In this document: positions 19,990-32,760 of the stretch, piece by piece
Layout of the letters: each line of letters begins with the position of its first letter
Position numbering within the stretch: the stretch's first letter is position 1
Source of the DNA: Perkinsus olseni
Taxonomy: Eukaryota
Assembly (NCBI GenBank): GCA_013115125.1
Contig: JABANN010000098.1
Coordinates: 1 to 64,000, forward strand
Length of the DNA: 64,000 nucleotides
Direction: 5' to 3'
Position numbers and translations under genes: made by a program
Notes under the pieces: generated by a model
Database searches by the model: none
What the model was told of the DNA's origin: nothing
What the model saw: the letters and a program-made list of their open reading frames with translations, nothing else

Positions 19990-22900
19990 ATGTCTATAAC
20001 GCCAGCATTTCCGCAAAGTGACATAGAAGAGATCAGGTTCCTGTGTCCTGGAAGTAAGTCCATTCTGTCTACCCTGAGGTTAGAGTTCGCTGCTGGGCGA
20101 ACTGTGGAGGGCCTCCGACCCGAGCGAGTCGCTCACGACGATCTGCGCGAGAGAACATAAGCTTCCTTTTTCCCTTCAGGTTCTGACAATGATATAGAGA
20201 AGGCACTTTATAAATACCATGGCGACAAGAATCTTGCCGTTAAGGACTTATTGAATATTAATGATCAGAAACCCCAGCCCAAGCCGCCTGGGACGGGTCC
20301 TCGAATGTGAGTCAGAAAGCTGAATCGTTCGTTAGAATCCTCGGATACTTGAAAAGGAGGGCGCTAAATCCACCCGGAAATAACCGTTCTATTGTCTTTT
20401 AGCATTTGTGAGCGCTCGTATGGGTCGAAAGCACGACCAAGTCTCTGTGGTGACTTAGCACACTGTCCATGCAGGACTCTGCTCTCATGCTCTAGATTTC
20501 TCTTTTGTCGTTAGAATCTCCCTAGCGGCCCTTGCTGATTCTCAGTGCTCCTCGTTGAGGCGGCGGGTCGCTGGCTTGAAGAATGGTCGTGGTAGGTACT
20601 CCTCAGTCTCCTCCGGCAGTGCTCCTCAATATAGCGATCAGACTAATGTAATGCTGTCACATAAAGTGCACCGCTTTTACCCTAGGCGGGTAACTAATAG
20701 AATCCTTACGACCGGCTTGCCGCCACTCACTTTGAGTGCCATGGACACTCCCCTTAGGTTCGGCAGCAGCACACTACCGGGAAGGAGGTGAGGACCGAAG
20801 AGGTGCAGTGTGGTATGTGCCAACAGATAATCACTCTTCAAATGCCAACCATGCGTAAGTCGGGATGTCTCGCGTATTGTCTTGAATGCACCGGCTCCGA
20901 TAGGCCCTGCACTAACGGCGGCGTAAGGATCTATGCGGGATGTAGATGTAGCATAAATTACTGTGCAACCGACACGATAGCCACATGATTTACAGCAAAC
21001 CGACGCGTCCGCCAGGCTTAGTCTGAAGCATTATTCGTGTTTTCTGGCAGGCGGTGGGCCCCTCCGTGCAAGAGCCACTTGCCCTCACTGTCAGCAGCTC
21101 AACGAGTTTGATATCCCTGCTCTGCAAGTATCATAGACAAGCATCGTGCCATGAGTAATGCGGTATAAATTCTGCGTCAGACTACCTCTCCCCTCTCGAC
21201 GGTGGGAGGGTTCGCCCAATCACCGCCAGCTTTCACAACTGCTCCTTCCTCTGCAGCGCCCCCTATGCCCTACTCTCCTCAATCACACGCCACTGCGCAG
21301 GTAACGAGGGGGTTTTCTAAGCTCGGCGGCAATGTCGGACCAGCATTGTATTGCACTTCTATTGCGGCCGCTTCCGACCATGGAACGTGGAGGGAATTTT
21401 GGAGGAAATTTCGGACCAGCTGTAGACAGCTGTATGTCTCGTAAAAATCGTGAAGCATAAGATGAAGTGCGATGAATTTAATTCATTCGATTCATCTCTC
21501 GGAAAGCTTCTGATGCGTCGATGTGTGATGGAAATGGACCATGCGCGTAGTCGGCACTCAGACTTCGCGAAGGACTCGTTCTCGCTATACTCGTACGCTC
21601 TCTCTGATGGGAGGAAAAGCGTCCGAAATTTGGCCTTCCTCATCCATGCTGCGCGAGTGACATCGAGCTGTGGTCTTCATCAGGCTCACGCCGGAGTTCC
21701 ACCTCAGGGACTTACCATGGCGTCTCAGGCTCAGTACGGCCTGCCTGCAACCATGCAGATGCAGCAGACGGCAGTTGGGGTGCCGGTGCCGGAACTTACT
21801 GGTAGATTCTCTCCATTTCTAATAACTGATGAAGCACTCTTCATCTCACTTCAGGTGTCCAGAGGGCGCTTTTGGTCGGTATTAACTATTACGGTTCCAA
21901 TTGTGAGCTGTCGGGGTGCATACCGGATGTCCACAATATGAAGAGATTGTTGGTGGAGACCTACCATTGGAATCCGAATGATATCAAACTCCTTACTGAT
22001 GATGGACAGAACGAGGCGCCGACACGTAAGAAGCTCCCGGAGAGGCTCAGTATTCGTCCAGAGTCTGAGTGGTGCTTGGTGAACGGAGTCTCTCTTCAGG
22101 AGAGAATATTATCCGTTATATGCACTGGCTGGTCCGGGACGCCAAGCCCGGGGATATATTCTTCTTCCATTACTCTGGCCACGGAGCCCAACAGGTGAGT
22201 AGGGGTTCTCTGGTGTAGTCGTGGCGGAGGTTGTGTGTAGGAAGACCCCTTACACCTTGAAGAGGACGGCATGAACGAGACCATCATACCTGTTGATGTG
22301 GGCAGCCAACTGGGGTTGCTGGCGAGAACGCTGATTGCGCAGGTTAAGAAAGCTGGACAGATCACAGACGATGAGATCTTCCAGATTTTGGTGGCGCCCT
22401 TACCTAGCGGAGTCAGGCTCACCAGCGTCATGGATTGCTGTCACTCGGGAACTGGTAAGCCGAACTCCAGCCGTCCGATACACGCAGATAAAATGGGTTT
22501 GATGGGATCTTTTTTCTTCCTCCCTGATTGCTCACTCGGCGACGGTTTCTGGTCTCGGTCGCGAATGTGAGTCACAAGTACCGTAGTAGTTTCTGGTAGT
22601 CGCGAGAGTCAACAGCCCCCTTTGGAAACTCGTAGAACGTAACTGGTTATGCGGTAGGCCGTCTTCACTGCCCATGCGCTCTAGTCTCGAATCTTATCTG
22701 CAACGAATACTCTAGGACTGACTTATGCGTTACACGTGGACGCGTACTAGCAAAGAACAGCAAGATAGCAAGATTCTACTTCTTCTTCGTGCGACTTTGA
22801 GTACTCGTTCAAAGAGTAGCCAGGACTTTCCCCAGGTATGGATTTACCTTGGACGTGGGTGGAACAACGTGGATGGAAAGAGGATGTTAACCCTTGGCAT

Positions 22901-24286
22901 TCCAGGGGCGACGTAATATGGCCGCTGCTCGATATTTGGGGGCAAGTCCGAGACATTATCGTTCATCAGGCATCTTTGACATTATGAGTTATTAGACATT
23001 ATGGTTGTCGTTGTCTTCTTCATCGTTGCCTGGGCGCTGCACGATACTGGGCGAAGTCACTCTCTTCCCAGGTGCAACTGTTTAGTGGGTGTGACGACTC
23101 TCAGACCTCAGCGGACTCCTCTGCTGGCCCTATCAGTGGTGGTGCGATGACGACGGCATTTTGTAGGTCACGGGGTTGAAGATGATTTCGGATTTTGCGG
23201 AGCGAGGCTTTAGCAACGTTGTGACATCAAAAAGAAAGAAGAATAATTGATGAACTTAGTGAGGCTCGCGATGTGCATGGAGGCTTCGGAAGGTGGCGGA
23301 ACCGTTGCTTCTTCGATGCTCGTACGCTACGATGGCGAAGCGAGGCGTCATCATCATCTTGAGACCGCGAATGACGAAATCAAGGACACACAGTGTCATC
23401 TAGTATGACACCAACCGTCTTGCTAGCAGATCGTTCCCCCAGGTAATGCGATTCGCGCTCGCCCTGGAGTAACCTACGTCGATCTCATCGACGAGTTGAA
23501 TAATGAGATGCGTCGCAAGCATATGTCGCAAAGGCCACAGCTGTCGAGCTCGCAGGTCTTCCCGTTGGACAGGTAATACCGGGGTAGACTGCAAATGGGG
23601 AGGACGGGCTCGGTACTCACCTTAGTGACAAGTCGCAAACAGTGGAGTTTCACCCGTAGTTCGTGAACTGGTGTTTTCCGATGAGAAAGGCGGAATTCAC
23701 GATGAGAAATGCGAGAAAGGTGTCATGTCGCGGGTGAAACTTGAGCAGTGCTCCTCAATGAGCACACCTCGGATAAAATATATCGTGGCAGGCGGCCATT
23801 GAAGGTATTTTGATATTGTACCGCCGAGAAGCGAGGTCACTGATCCCCGGCGATACAAGCGGGTGGACTTCCGGAATTATCTATCGTGGCAGCCATGGTG
23901 TGCTGGTCTCGCAAAGCCGAGGAGCGGGAGCGTTGGGTCTGCTCAGCATCTCGTCTTTGGCGGGGTGACCGGTTGATGGTTCTGTTCTTGACCTCAGGCC
24001 CTTCAACCTGACGGACATCCTTCCGAATCAGAATAAGTCCATTGGTCGAACTGTGAGACAAAAGTTCAAGGCTCGGCCGAATGAGAATAAGAATAAGTTT
24101 TTGAGAAACATGCTCCTCGCGGGAGGGGCTGGCTTGGTCGGTGGAATGCTCCTTGGTGAGGCTACTGACGACTCGCCCCGTCCGGTAGTGATCACGGCTC
24201 CCCCACTCATCGGCGGACCGAGGATAGATCTTGGAGGGCTGTTCGGTCGAGGGGGGCTGCTCGGGAAGGGGAAGGGGCTGTTGTGA
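19990..24286 (+). CDS. Metacaspase (peptidase C14B), copy 2, multi-exon
   Basis: [21 protein letters not shown] + [28 protein letters not shown]...CPHC; HYSGHG (~22170); DCCHSG (~22435); [11 protein letters not shown] (~23090); Gly-rich tail ending GKGKGLL*. Confidence 0.93.
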
Positions 24287-24884
24287 GAAGAATCTTTGCT
24301 GTGCGCTACCCATTCAGGAGTTGCTATTTTCACCGTATCTTAGCTTCTTACACGACAAGTTTCGTCTAATGAGTGCTTCTTATGATCCATAGGACGTAAT
24401 TCCATCTTTGGCTTCGAGGTTTGCTTCGGCTGTTGCATTGTCTCTTTGGTCAGCATCAGTTCTTGGTTCGCATTTATCTTTGATATACTCTCAGTTCCTT
24501 GGTCTACTTATCGGACATCGACCTGTCTATTTTTCTGGCCATAGTTGTGTTCAGTTGAATGAGAATTACATCAGCCTTACCTGAGGTTGTCGGAGGAATC
24601 TGCTTTAGTTCTCCTTATTTTTGTTGACACTGTCGTAATTAAAGATTGGAAAGTTCTCTCGCTTACAAAACCTCGCTAGAGTAGATCCTGGGCCATCATA
24701 ACTAGTTTCATCAGCAACCGCAGTCGTACTCCTCATATACTAGCTTTGAGAATCTCCAGACTGAGCGCAGAGTTGTGTGCTGTCGTCTACCACGTCGCTT
24801 GTCGGTTGATGTTCCGAGAGGCTGGTCGGTGGTCAGAGCTGAGGGAACTCTCCGCCCATTCCCGTCTTGTGATTCGGTGCGAAT

Positions 24885-25029
24885 GGGGTTGCCTTAATCG
24901 GTCGTGATAGTATACTGCCTTTCCAGTTATACTTCTGCCCGTTCCGTAAGAGTTGGTATGAACGCGTCTACACCGGACGGCAGTGTACTAGCAGTATACT
25001 ATCATGACCCATTGAGTCAACCCAACCCC
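24885..25029. mobile_element. Short (~145 bp) foldback / MITE-like element
   Basis: The left arm ggggtt..gccttaatcggtcgtgatagtatactgc is an imperfect inverse of the right arm gcagtatactatcatgacccattgagtcaacccaacccc. The core recurs at 5306-5402. No clear TSD. Confidence 0.55.
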
Positions 25030-25159
25030 GATTCTGAGTCAGACGTCGATCACATCTCAATTTCGAGCCAGAATTTTTGACGATGGTCGCCTTGCGCGGG
25101 AACTTGTGGCATGCCATTATGCAGTTGATTGGGTTTCCGTCAGCTTGTTGTTTCGAGTA

Positions 25160-28100
25160 ATGGTCACAAGGCCCTTCTCCGCGGAGACAGTCGCCCAAAT
25201 AAGGTTCCTATGCCCTAACAGTAATAAGGGTGGAGGATGCCTTTTCTGCTTCTTGCGTGAGAAAGCTATTCTTTCTCAAGGTACGGATAATGAAATCGAA
25301 GCTGCCCTCTATAAATACAATGGCGATGAGAATATGGCCGTCAATGAGCTGCTCAACCAGCAAGAACACAGAAGCTCTGGCCGGCCTTCCAATCGGAATT
25401 AGTAGGTGGAGTTCGCCGGCTGTTCATGGCGCTGGGTTCCCGGGCGATACTCTTTTATTTGAGTGAGATCATCTGATCTCGATCAATATTTTTAGTGGTT
25501 CTCGGTAAGCATCTTTCTGTCAGTTATCAACAGCCGGCAGCACCACAAGTAGCCGTCGGAGGATCCTCGGCACCGCTGCAGGCCTCGGTGGTAGTATGGG
25601 CAATAGCTCACCGTTTGTTTCTGTTTCCTAAGGACGATACACACTGCCGAATTGCTATAGAGGCTCTTTCGTCTACGTTATGTTTGAGCTTATACGCAAA
25701 TGTGCTAAATCTTTGACACAACACCTTATTAATCATAGCCATCATTACTATATTACGTACCATACAATTACAATTACCATTACTGTATTAATACCATACC
25801 GCTACAAATCATAATATTCCAATTTTATTTGGAGTACTGTAGCGATTGGATAGCGAATGTGGAGCTAGTGCTTCTCATCGCTGTTCGATTGCTCTAGCTG
25901 GAATGGAATTACTCCGCTCGAAAAATCGCGTTCTCAGTGCACGATGAGCGAATTCGCAGAGTGCATCAGCGTTTGCTCCTTGAGGATTACACGTGCCGGT
26001 GGATTCTTGCATAGCCACTGGGATGCGTTGTCATCATGGTGATGCCCTTGGCTCGTGCTTTTTCGGAAGATAACACTTTCGAGTGCTCTGCGGACAATTG
26101 CCTTTGACAGGACTCTATTATAATGATAATGTGCAGTGCTACATGTATCGATGCTCTGATGCTTGCATCTTCAGCTGATCAGGTTCAACCATCGCAGTCG
26201 AGAGAAGTCACCAGAACTGCTCAAGTTCAGTGCGGACAGTGCCATCAGGTTTTAACAGTCCAAATGACGGCTATGAGTAATACAGACCAGTAGTAGTAAT
26301 GACGTTGAATTCGGGCTGTGATTCTGTGGACCAATTTCCCTCAATAATTTGGGCTTCTCTTAAGAGGAATTCTACCTCGTCACGGGGGAAAATTAGGCTT
26401 TTACGTATTCTCTAACACCCGTTCAACCAGTCATACTTCTTTATCACAAGTTTCGTATGAAAAGCGGAATGGTAGACTAAAAACATGAACTACCCCACTG
26501 GGGCTACGTGGGAGTCATCAAGAAATTGGTCATTGGTTTGCTCAAGAACCGCCGTATCGAATCGAAAGAACCTTTGAGGGAAAAATTTCTCGTTTTTTCG
26601 CACTGATTTCAGCGGTGTTATTCCTCTTCGTTTTCTACTCGTACTTCATGTCAGGAGATCGGTCGGTGAAGGCCCAGGCTACCTGCCCTCACTGTCAGAT
26701 GCTGAACGAGTTCATGATACCTCCGGACCCGGTAGTGTTGGGCTCCTCGGCGAACCCGATCTAAGGGCCCGATGCGTATTCGGCATCGTTTTCGTCTGCG
26801 ATGCGAAGTGGAGTCAGTTTTCTGGTTTACAGGTGCCGACGGCTACCGCCATGCCGATGCCGGGCGGACTGCCGCAGCAGGCTCCACCGCCGAGCATGCA
26901 GGCTCAGGCGATGTATGGTCTGCCTAGTCATATGCAGATGCAACAGACGACACAGATTGGGATACCGGCTCCTTCCCTCACTGGTAGTAACTGGCACAGA
27001 GGTTCAATATTGTCGCGCGCCACGAAATTGCTCTGCAGGCCGAGGCCCCTCATCGGGCGTTACTTCGATCTCAGAGATGTTATTGTCATTCAGTACTCAT
27101 CGGAATGCTTAGTGTGCAATTTCTCTTATGAGATTATTCATCTGATTCATGTCTGGCGTCGCGCGCCACGAAATTATTCATGGTCCTCCTCTTCAGGTGT
27201 CCAAAGGGCCCTTCTGATTGGTATCAATTACTATAACACCCCCGCGCAGCTTTCGGGATGCATCCCTGATGTGAGTTCTCGGAGCACTTCGTCGGTTCTG
27301 CCTCGGGTTTGACGTCGGCTATGGAATGGCTGGTCGTTGCCACACTCGGCGTTTCCGGTAGTGCTGTATCGACGAGCGAAGCGCATTTTGCTTCTAATAC
27401 GGAGAAGATGTGATCACCTCAGGCACATAATATGTTTCGGCTCCTTACCGAGACCTACAGATGGAATCCGGGTGACATAAGAATGATGACGGATGATGGA
27501 CGTGCGGAGATGCCTACAAGTAAGACTGACTCTCGGCCTCTGTTTAAATTCCGAGCTCGGCCGAGGAAATAAGGATCTCTCTTCGACCGTCCATGTCGCC
27601 TTCCATTCAGGAGCGAATATAATAGCGGCACTGCACTGGCTGGTCAGAGACGCGAAGCCAGGCGATGTGTTTTTCTTCCACTATTCTGGTCATGGGTCGC
27701 AACAGGTATCAGCCACGGTTTCCTCATGACTTCAATCTTGGGTGCATCTCTGTCTTTCAGCCGGACCCGTACGGAATGGAAGAAGACGGTATGAATGAGA
27801 CGATATTGCCTTGCGATGTGAGCGCTGCGACATTGATCTTCTTTCGAGGCAAAATCTCTGTTAATTTCGCAGGTTCGACGGGCTGGGATGATTTCCGATG
27901 ATGAAATCTTTGCGATCTTGGTGCAGCCGCTGCCTAGCGGAGTCAGGCTCACGAGCGTGATGGATTGCTGCCACTCTGGAACAGGTGAGCAAATCTGGAC
28001 TCTTCCTCGCTGGTTGTTCGAAGTTGAGGCATTATCCTGTCGTTCGTAAAGCGATTAATCTAGGGTTGTCTACGGCAGAACCCACTACAACGCAGATCTT

Positions 28101-29029
28101 AGGGTTTCTGCATGTAGTTTTCATAGGGTTTTGAGATTATGGTCGCGATGCCTGTCAAGCAGGTTGCGGTTTTGCAGTGTCTTGTGGGTGTAGGTATGGA
28201 TCTGCCGTGGCGATGGGTGGAAAGAAGAGGATGGAAGGAGGATACCAACCCGTGGCATTCTCTGGGAGATGTCAGACTGGCCACTGGGAGTATCTTTGTG
28301 TGCATGCGTGCAAGCGGGTATCTTCTAGGTTCAGCTGTTCAGCGGGTGTGATGATTCTGGGACGTCTGCTGATGCATCGGCTGGGAACATGCGGGGCGGA
28401 GCGATGACAACCGCATTCTGTAGGTCCAGTCTGCTGAAATTTTGTGGTTTCCTCGATGCGCGTCATCTTGAATTGCGTAAAATCTTCATTTTGTCTCCGC
28501 ATGAAGTCGGTGACATGTGACAACATGGTTCTTACAGGAGAGTGGTTTCACAGCGCGCTCACTCGCGCTCTACTTCACGGCTGGAAGCGAAAGAGAGTAT
28601 TTCTCGGCTGCTCTGGAAACGTATCATGATTATTCTGCTGTAGGTAACTCTATCCGTGCCAACCCTTATATTAGCTACATCGACCTTATTCATCGGCTTA
28701 ACGATGAAATGAGGAGGCATAGGATGGGCCAGCGCCCTCAGTTGTCGAGCACGCAGGTGTTCCCCGTTGACAGGTGGGTTCGCCTGAAAAGACGGCTCTC
28801 CAGTTTTTCGTTTGAACTTGGATTGGCTGAAAGTGAGTGTGTTTTGCACTGCAGGCCCTTCAATCTGACGGATATACTCCCGAACCAGAATCAATATATT
28901 GGCAGGATTGTGCGCAAGAGGTTCAAGCCACGTAAGAACAAGAAGAAGATGCAAGGACTGGACGGCTTGCTGCTGCCCTTGGCTGGCGGTATGCTGGCTG
29001 GCGCTCTGTTGGGTTCGATTTTTGACTAG
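25160..29029 (+). CDS. Metacaspase (peptidase C14B), copy 3, multi-exon
   Basis: [20 protein letters not shown]...[28 protein letters not shown]...[20 protein letters not shown] (~27680); DCCHSG (~27965); [11 protein letters not shown]; tail [20 protein letters not shown]. Confidence 0.93.
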
Positions 29030-29899
29030 GCATCTGCCATCACAATCGATCAAAAGGGCGAGCGCTATGTATTGTCATCCCATTTTGTAATCTTCTGTTC
29101 TGGGGAAAGTCCTTTGTTTGAGCGGTAATTGAATTCCTCGGCGGTGATAGTTGCTTCAATTTCACAGTAGTTACTTTTCATTTTTACATTGCTGTAGTGT
29201 TCGGAGGTCATCAGGAGTAAAGGGGGAGTGGTGGTGGTGGTTGTGGTGGCTGTAGTTTGAGGTAGTAGAGTACATGCCCGCTGTCTTCAACGTACTTCGG
29301 CGAAGGGACGATTTGAGAAAGCTCGGTAGAATCTTTGTTGGTTCTTCCAGCTTTACGTTGTGGATGAGCGAAGGGCCTTCGCCGGAGGCGATTCGGTGAG
29401 ATGGCTTCTGCACTAAACTGGGCGGGGTTAGCAGTATGCTGGCTGGCGTTCTGTGGGTTTGATTCTTGACTCTCTCATCGCAATCGATCAAGTGGGCGAG
29501 CGCTATTGCTTTCAAGAATGTATTGTTAACCCGATTTTTCGACCGGAGACGACTCGGTGAGCTCATTTTCGGTCTGAGGCAGTCTGGCCGGGATTCCGAC
29601 TCGGGCCGGCCACCGTCTCAGTTTGGAAGTCTCGTTCATGACTCCAGTTGTGGGGGGGTATTGTCACCACTGCTACCGATGGAAGCTTGAGCTCAAAGTC
29701 GCTTCGCATTGTTCGCCCAGTGCCGGGCGAGTGGCGATTCAAAGTTGAAGCGAAAGGCCTCGCAAAGACTTCGTTGTTGACCGAATCGCTGACGGTTGAT
29801 ACAACGATTCAGCTCGATATGTTGTAGAAGGTCTATTACATCAATGTCAGTGCAGCCAAATCGCTTCCTTAAGATCACAGCTGCAGCCTCAACCCATTT

Positions 29900-31123
29900 C
29901 AGGTGAGGAGCATGTTCGGTTCCTCACACCTTATCGGACGACTGATCAATCCTTGCAGCCTCCGGTCTTCCCTACTCAGGCCTGCTACTCCTTCATGCCT
30001 CTGGCAGATGTTCAAAGGCTTCAGCTCGAGGGCTGTGTCCCCTGTACCATTCTCCGTATTTGGTAGCGACTCTATGATGATGGTCACGCCTCACTTGGTG
30101 AGCCTCATCCGCTTATCAGTCTTTTCTGCGCGTACGGGCATGGAGCAATCGTCGACGTTGGGCCTCTCGCGGTCTGCTCGGGAGGCTTTCTTCTCTGTGT
30201 CTGCGAGTTTCCAGTCCGATACCGGGTTAGTTGGACTAGCACAGATTTGTATTGCTTTGAGGAGGGTTTACGGAAGTTTATATTTCAGAGATTTTTCGCC
30301 CGGACTCGATGGTAGGATAAGCCTAAGATACTGTCTTTCCTCTGTGTCACGGAATTGATAGAATGGGATTGTGTAGCGAGGGAAATACTGACGGATTTAT
30401 TCCATTCTCTGCATTCATCGCTGCCGCTCAGGCTGAGGTGGCTAACAACGGGCTCGACGTGCAGGTGGTGAAGCCGGGCAATGTGACGTTCTACTTTATG
30501 AAGAGAACCAGTGCTGAAGACAAAGCCGCTCCTGATGCCAAACGTAGCGAGAGTACGTCTTGGCGTCGCGGAGATCCTTGTGGTAGGGTATGACAAGAAC
30601 TCTCTTGTGAGCCAGACTTTGCGGGCGGCGGATGTGGGAGAGCTCATACGCTCGTCCTGTGAGAATGTGAGAATCACGGACAAATGGCATCCTGAGGTGA
30701 GAAAACAATTGCACCATTAAAGTTTTGACCTGTGAAAAACTACTCAGAACTATCTGGCTGTGGAGAAGGATATAAGCGAGACGCATCAGCACGAAGTGCG
30801 AAGGTTCACAATTCAGAAGGTGGTAGGCGTGCTGCGGCAACTTGTGCGATTTTTTTCTGTGGCCAGGATGAATCCTCTCAAAGCGTATCCTGTACACTGG
30901 AGGAGATGCTCGCCCTGCAGAAGATGCTCGAGGTTGGTGCCCTGATTTTCGGTGGGTCCATAGAACTCTTTTCAGTCAACGATCCCGAGTCTCTACGGCT
31001 GGAATTTGCTGCTGGACGAGGCGTGATAAGAGTGTTATTCGGTATGAGTGGCCCCAATTAATGATCTAGCCGTTGCGCTGTACTTTACTGCGTGTAGGTA
31101 CGCATCTCACCGGACGCACGATA
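29900..31123 (+). CDS. Hypothetical multi-exon protein; boundaries approximate
   Basis: A series of GT-AG-bounded coding-like segments, e.g. AREAFFSVSASF...ALRRVYG, FIPFSAFIAAAQAEV, RVRLGVAEILVVGYDKN...WHPE, CTLEEMLALQKMLE. No family recognised. Confidence 0.4.
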
Positions 31124-31609
31124 AGCCGATCGTATATGCAGGTCCCGATTATGGTGACCGATCATAACTCCAGAGAAGGAGACTATTATATAACGTCACG
31201 AGTTTAAAATCAATGCAATGCTTCGAAAGCAGGGTTGCGTTCTGGTGGGGCCTTGTGTTAAGCACGAGCTGCTACCACGCCTGTACAGAGCGGGAAAGGA
31301 GGCTGAATCCCAGTGCCCAGTGGCCGGCCTCGGAAACTCTTGACGTAACGACGTTACGACGTCAATGACGTTACCTTGGTGAGTCGAGGCGATCCGAATC
31401 ACGCGGAAGACGGTGACAACCTCAAATTGTTGGACAGTTTTAAAATGCTCGTGCCACGCGCGGGCCACATTTCACTTTCCGTGCCATTCAGAATGCTCTA
31501 CGGTAGTTTATACGAATTAAGCATGAGTTTATGGTCCAACGCCGGTTCCGGCTTAGTTAGACTCTTGCCGATCGGCAAGAGTTCTACCAAATTGGTCTTT
31601 CATAAAACC

Positions 31610-31705
31610 AAATTGCTTCGGGGTTTCACTAATTTGGTCTGGGCTTTATTAAATTGCTCTGGGGTTTTACTAATTTGCTCTGGGGTTTTACTAAGTAGGT
31701 CTGGA
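31610..31705. repeat. Degenerate 21-bp minisatellite (~4-5 units)
   Basis: The unit a(a/t)ttgctctggggttttacta occurs twice nearly perfectly, with diverged flanking copies. Confidence 0.75.
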
Positions 31706-32339
31706 AATGGTGTACAGTTGATGAATCATCAATGATGACCTTAGATACTGTCCAGATCGCCCTCATAGATCGTACTCCTGGGTGCGATGGGATCCGCTCA
31801 GACGTTCGTGAATGTAGTCACGAGGAGCACTCCTCTGACGTCCTAAAGAACTACACCAGCGAAACGGCATACTGCAACCTCCGCATACCTCCCTGAAGAA
31901 GGCTCCCTCCACACAGTCTGGTTAAAGTGATGCTTAGAACACTGGAACTTGTGACACTGTGGGTACTCCGACCCAGGACGATCGATGCCGGCATTATTCC
32001 TCCTCGGTGAGGAGCCTTCACACCGTGTGAGCCACACGAATCCATGCTTCGTTCCTCCTCTGTAACAGATCACCGATAAGGACGAGGATCTACTAGGAGC
32101 ATCCTGTATGGAATCGAGCTTCCGCAAAAACTCATGATGTAGAACTGAAATGCGTCCGCCGCGCTGCCTGGCAGCATCGATCTCACTGAGGTGCAATTAT
32201 TTTTCTGTTTCCTCTGTCCGAGACTGAGCTCATTACCATTGGCGTCTAGAGAATGGACTAACTCGAGAAGTGGGGAAACGGCAGACCCGCTATGAGTTAT
32301 CCCGGGTAGCCCGGGCCGGGCCTCCGGCGACCCATCGCT

Positions 32340-32760
32340 GTTCTTGCGACACGGCTCCTTGCCCACTGGACACCCCGGAGGTCGCGATCGATGACTGGCT
32401 CCCGTGCAACCCAACATCACCTTCTGCGATAGAAGTACTCTCCATGTAGGAGGGATAGTGACAGAATAGACCAAAGGTTGAGAGCCCCTGATGTAGGTGA
32501 GTATCACAACATATGAGGAATGAAGCGATACCGTAAGATACGGACTTCACAGTAAACATCACGAATAATGATTGGTCGCGTCACAGATATATCTTGTAAT
32601 CTCGTGGATCATTGATCCTCCACTATATCTCAATAGGTCTGGTACTGAGAGAACGAATAAAGAAAGGATCAACTGGCCTTATCACGAATCCTTATTTGAT
32701 CGTATCATAATATGATCGGCTCACAAGAATACGCGACCATAACCAGAGTGTTGACTGATG
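32340..32760 (-). repeat. Diverged copy of the 6775-7200 segment
   Basis: The reverse complement aligns with 6775-7200. It includes a shared MF(T/A)VKS|gt...cag|G(L/V)S.FG.F.HY exon-intron-like pattern. Confidence 0.7.

Noticed and set aside
25720-25830. AT-rich attac/catac-like tract in an intron of metacaspase 3
   Set aside because: Low-complexity sequence without a regular period.
31610-31705. Possible CRISPR-like array
   Set aside because: Units are contiguous with no unique spacers, no cas genes are present and the context is eukaryotic; it is a minisatellite.
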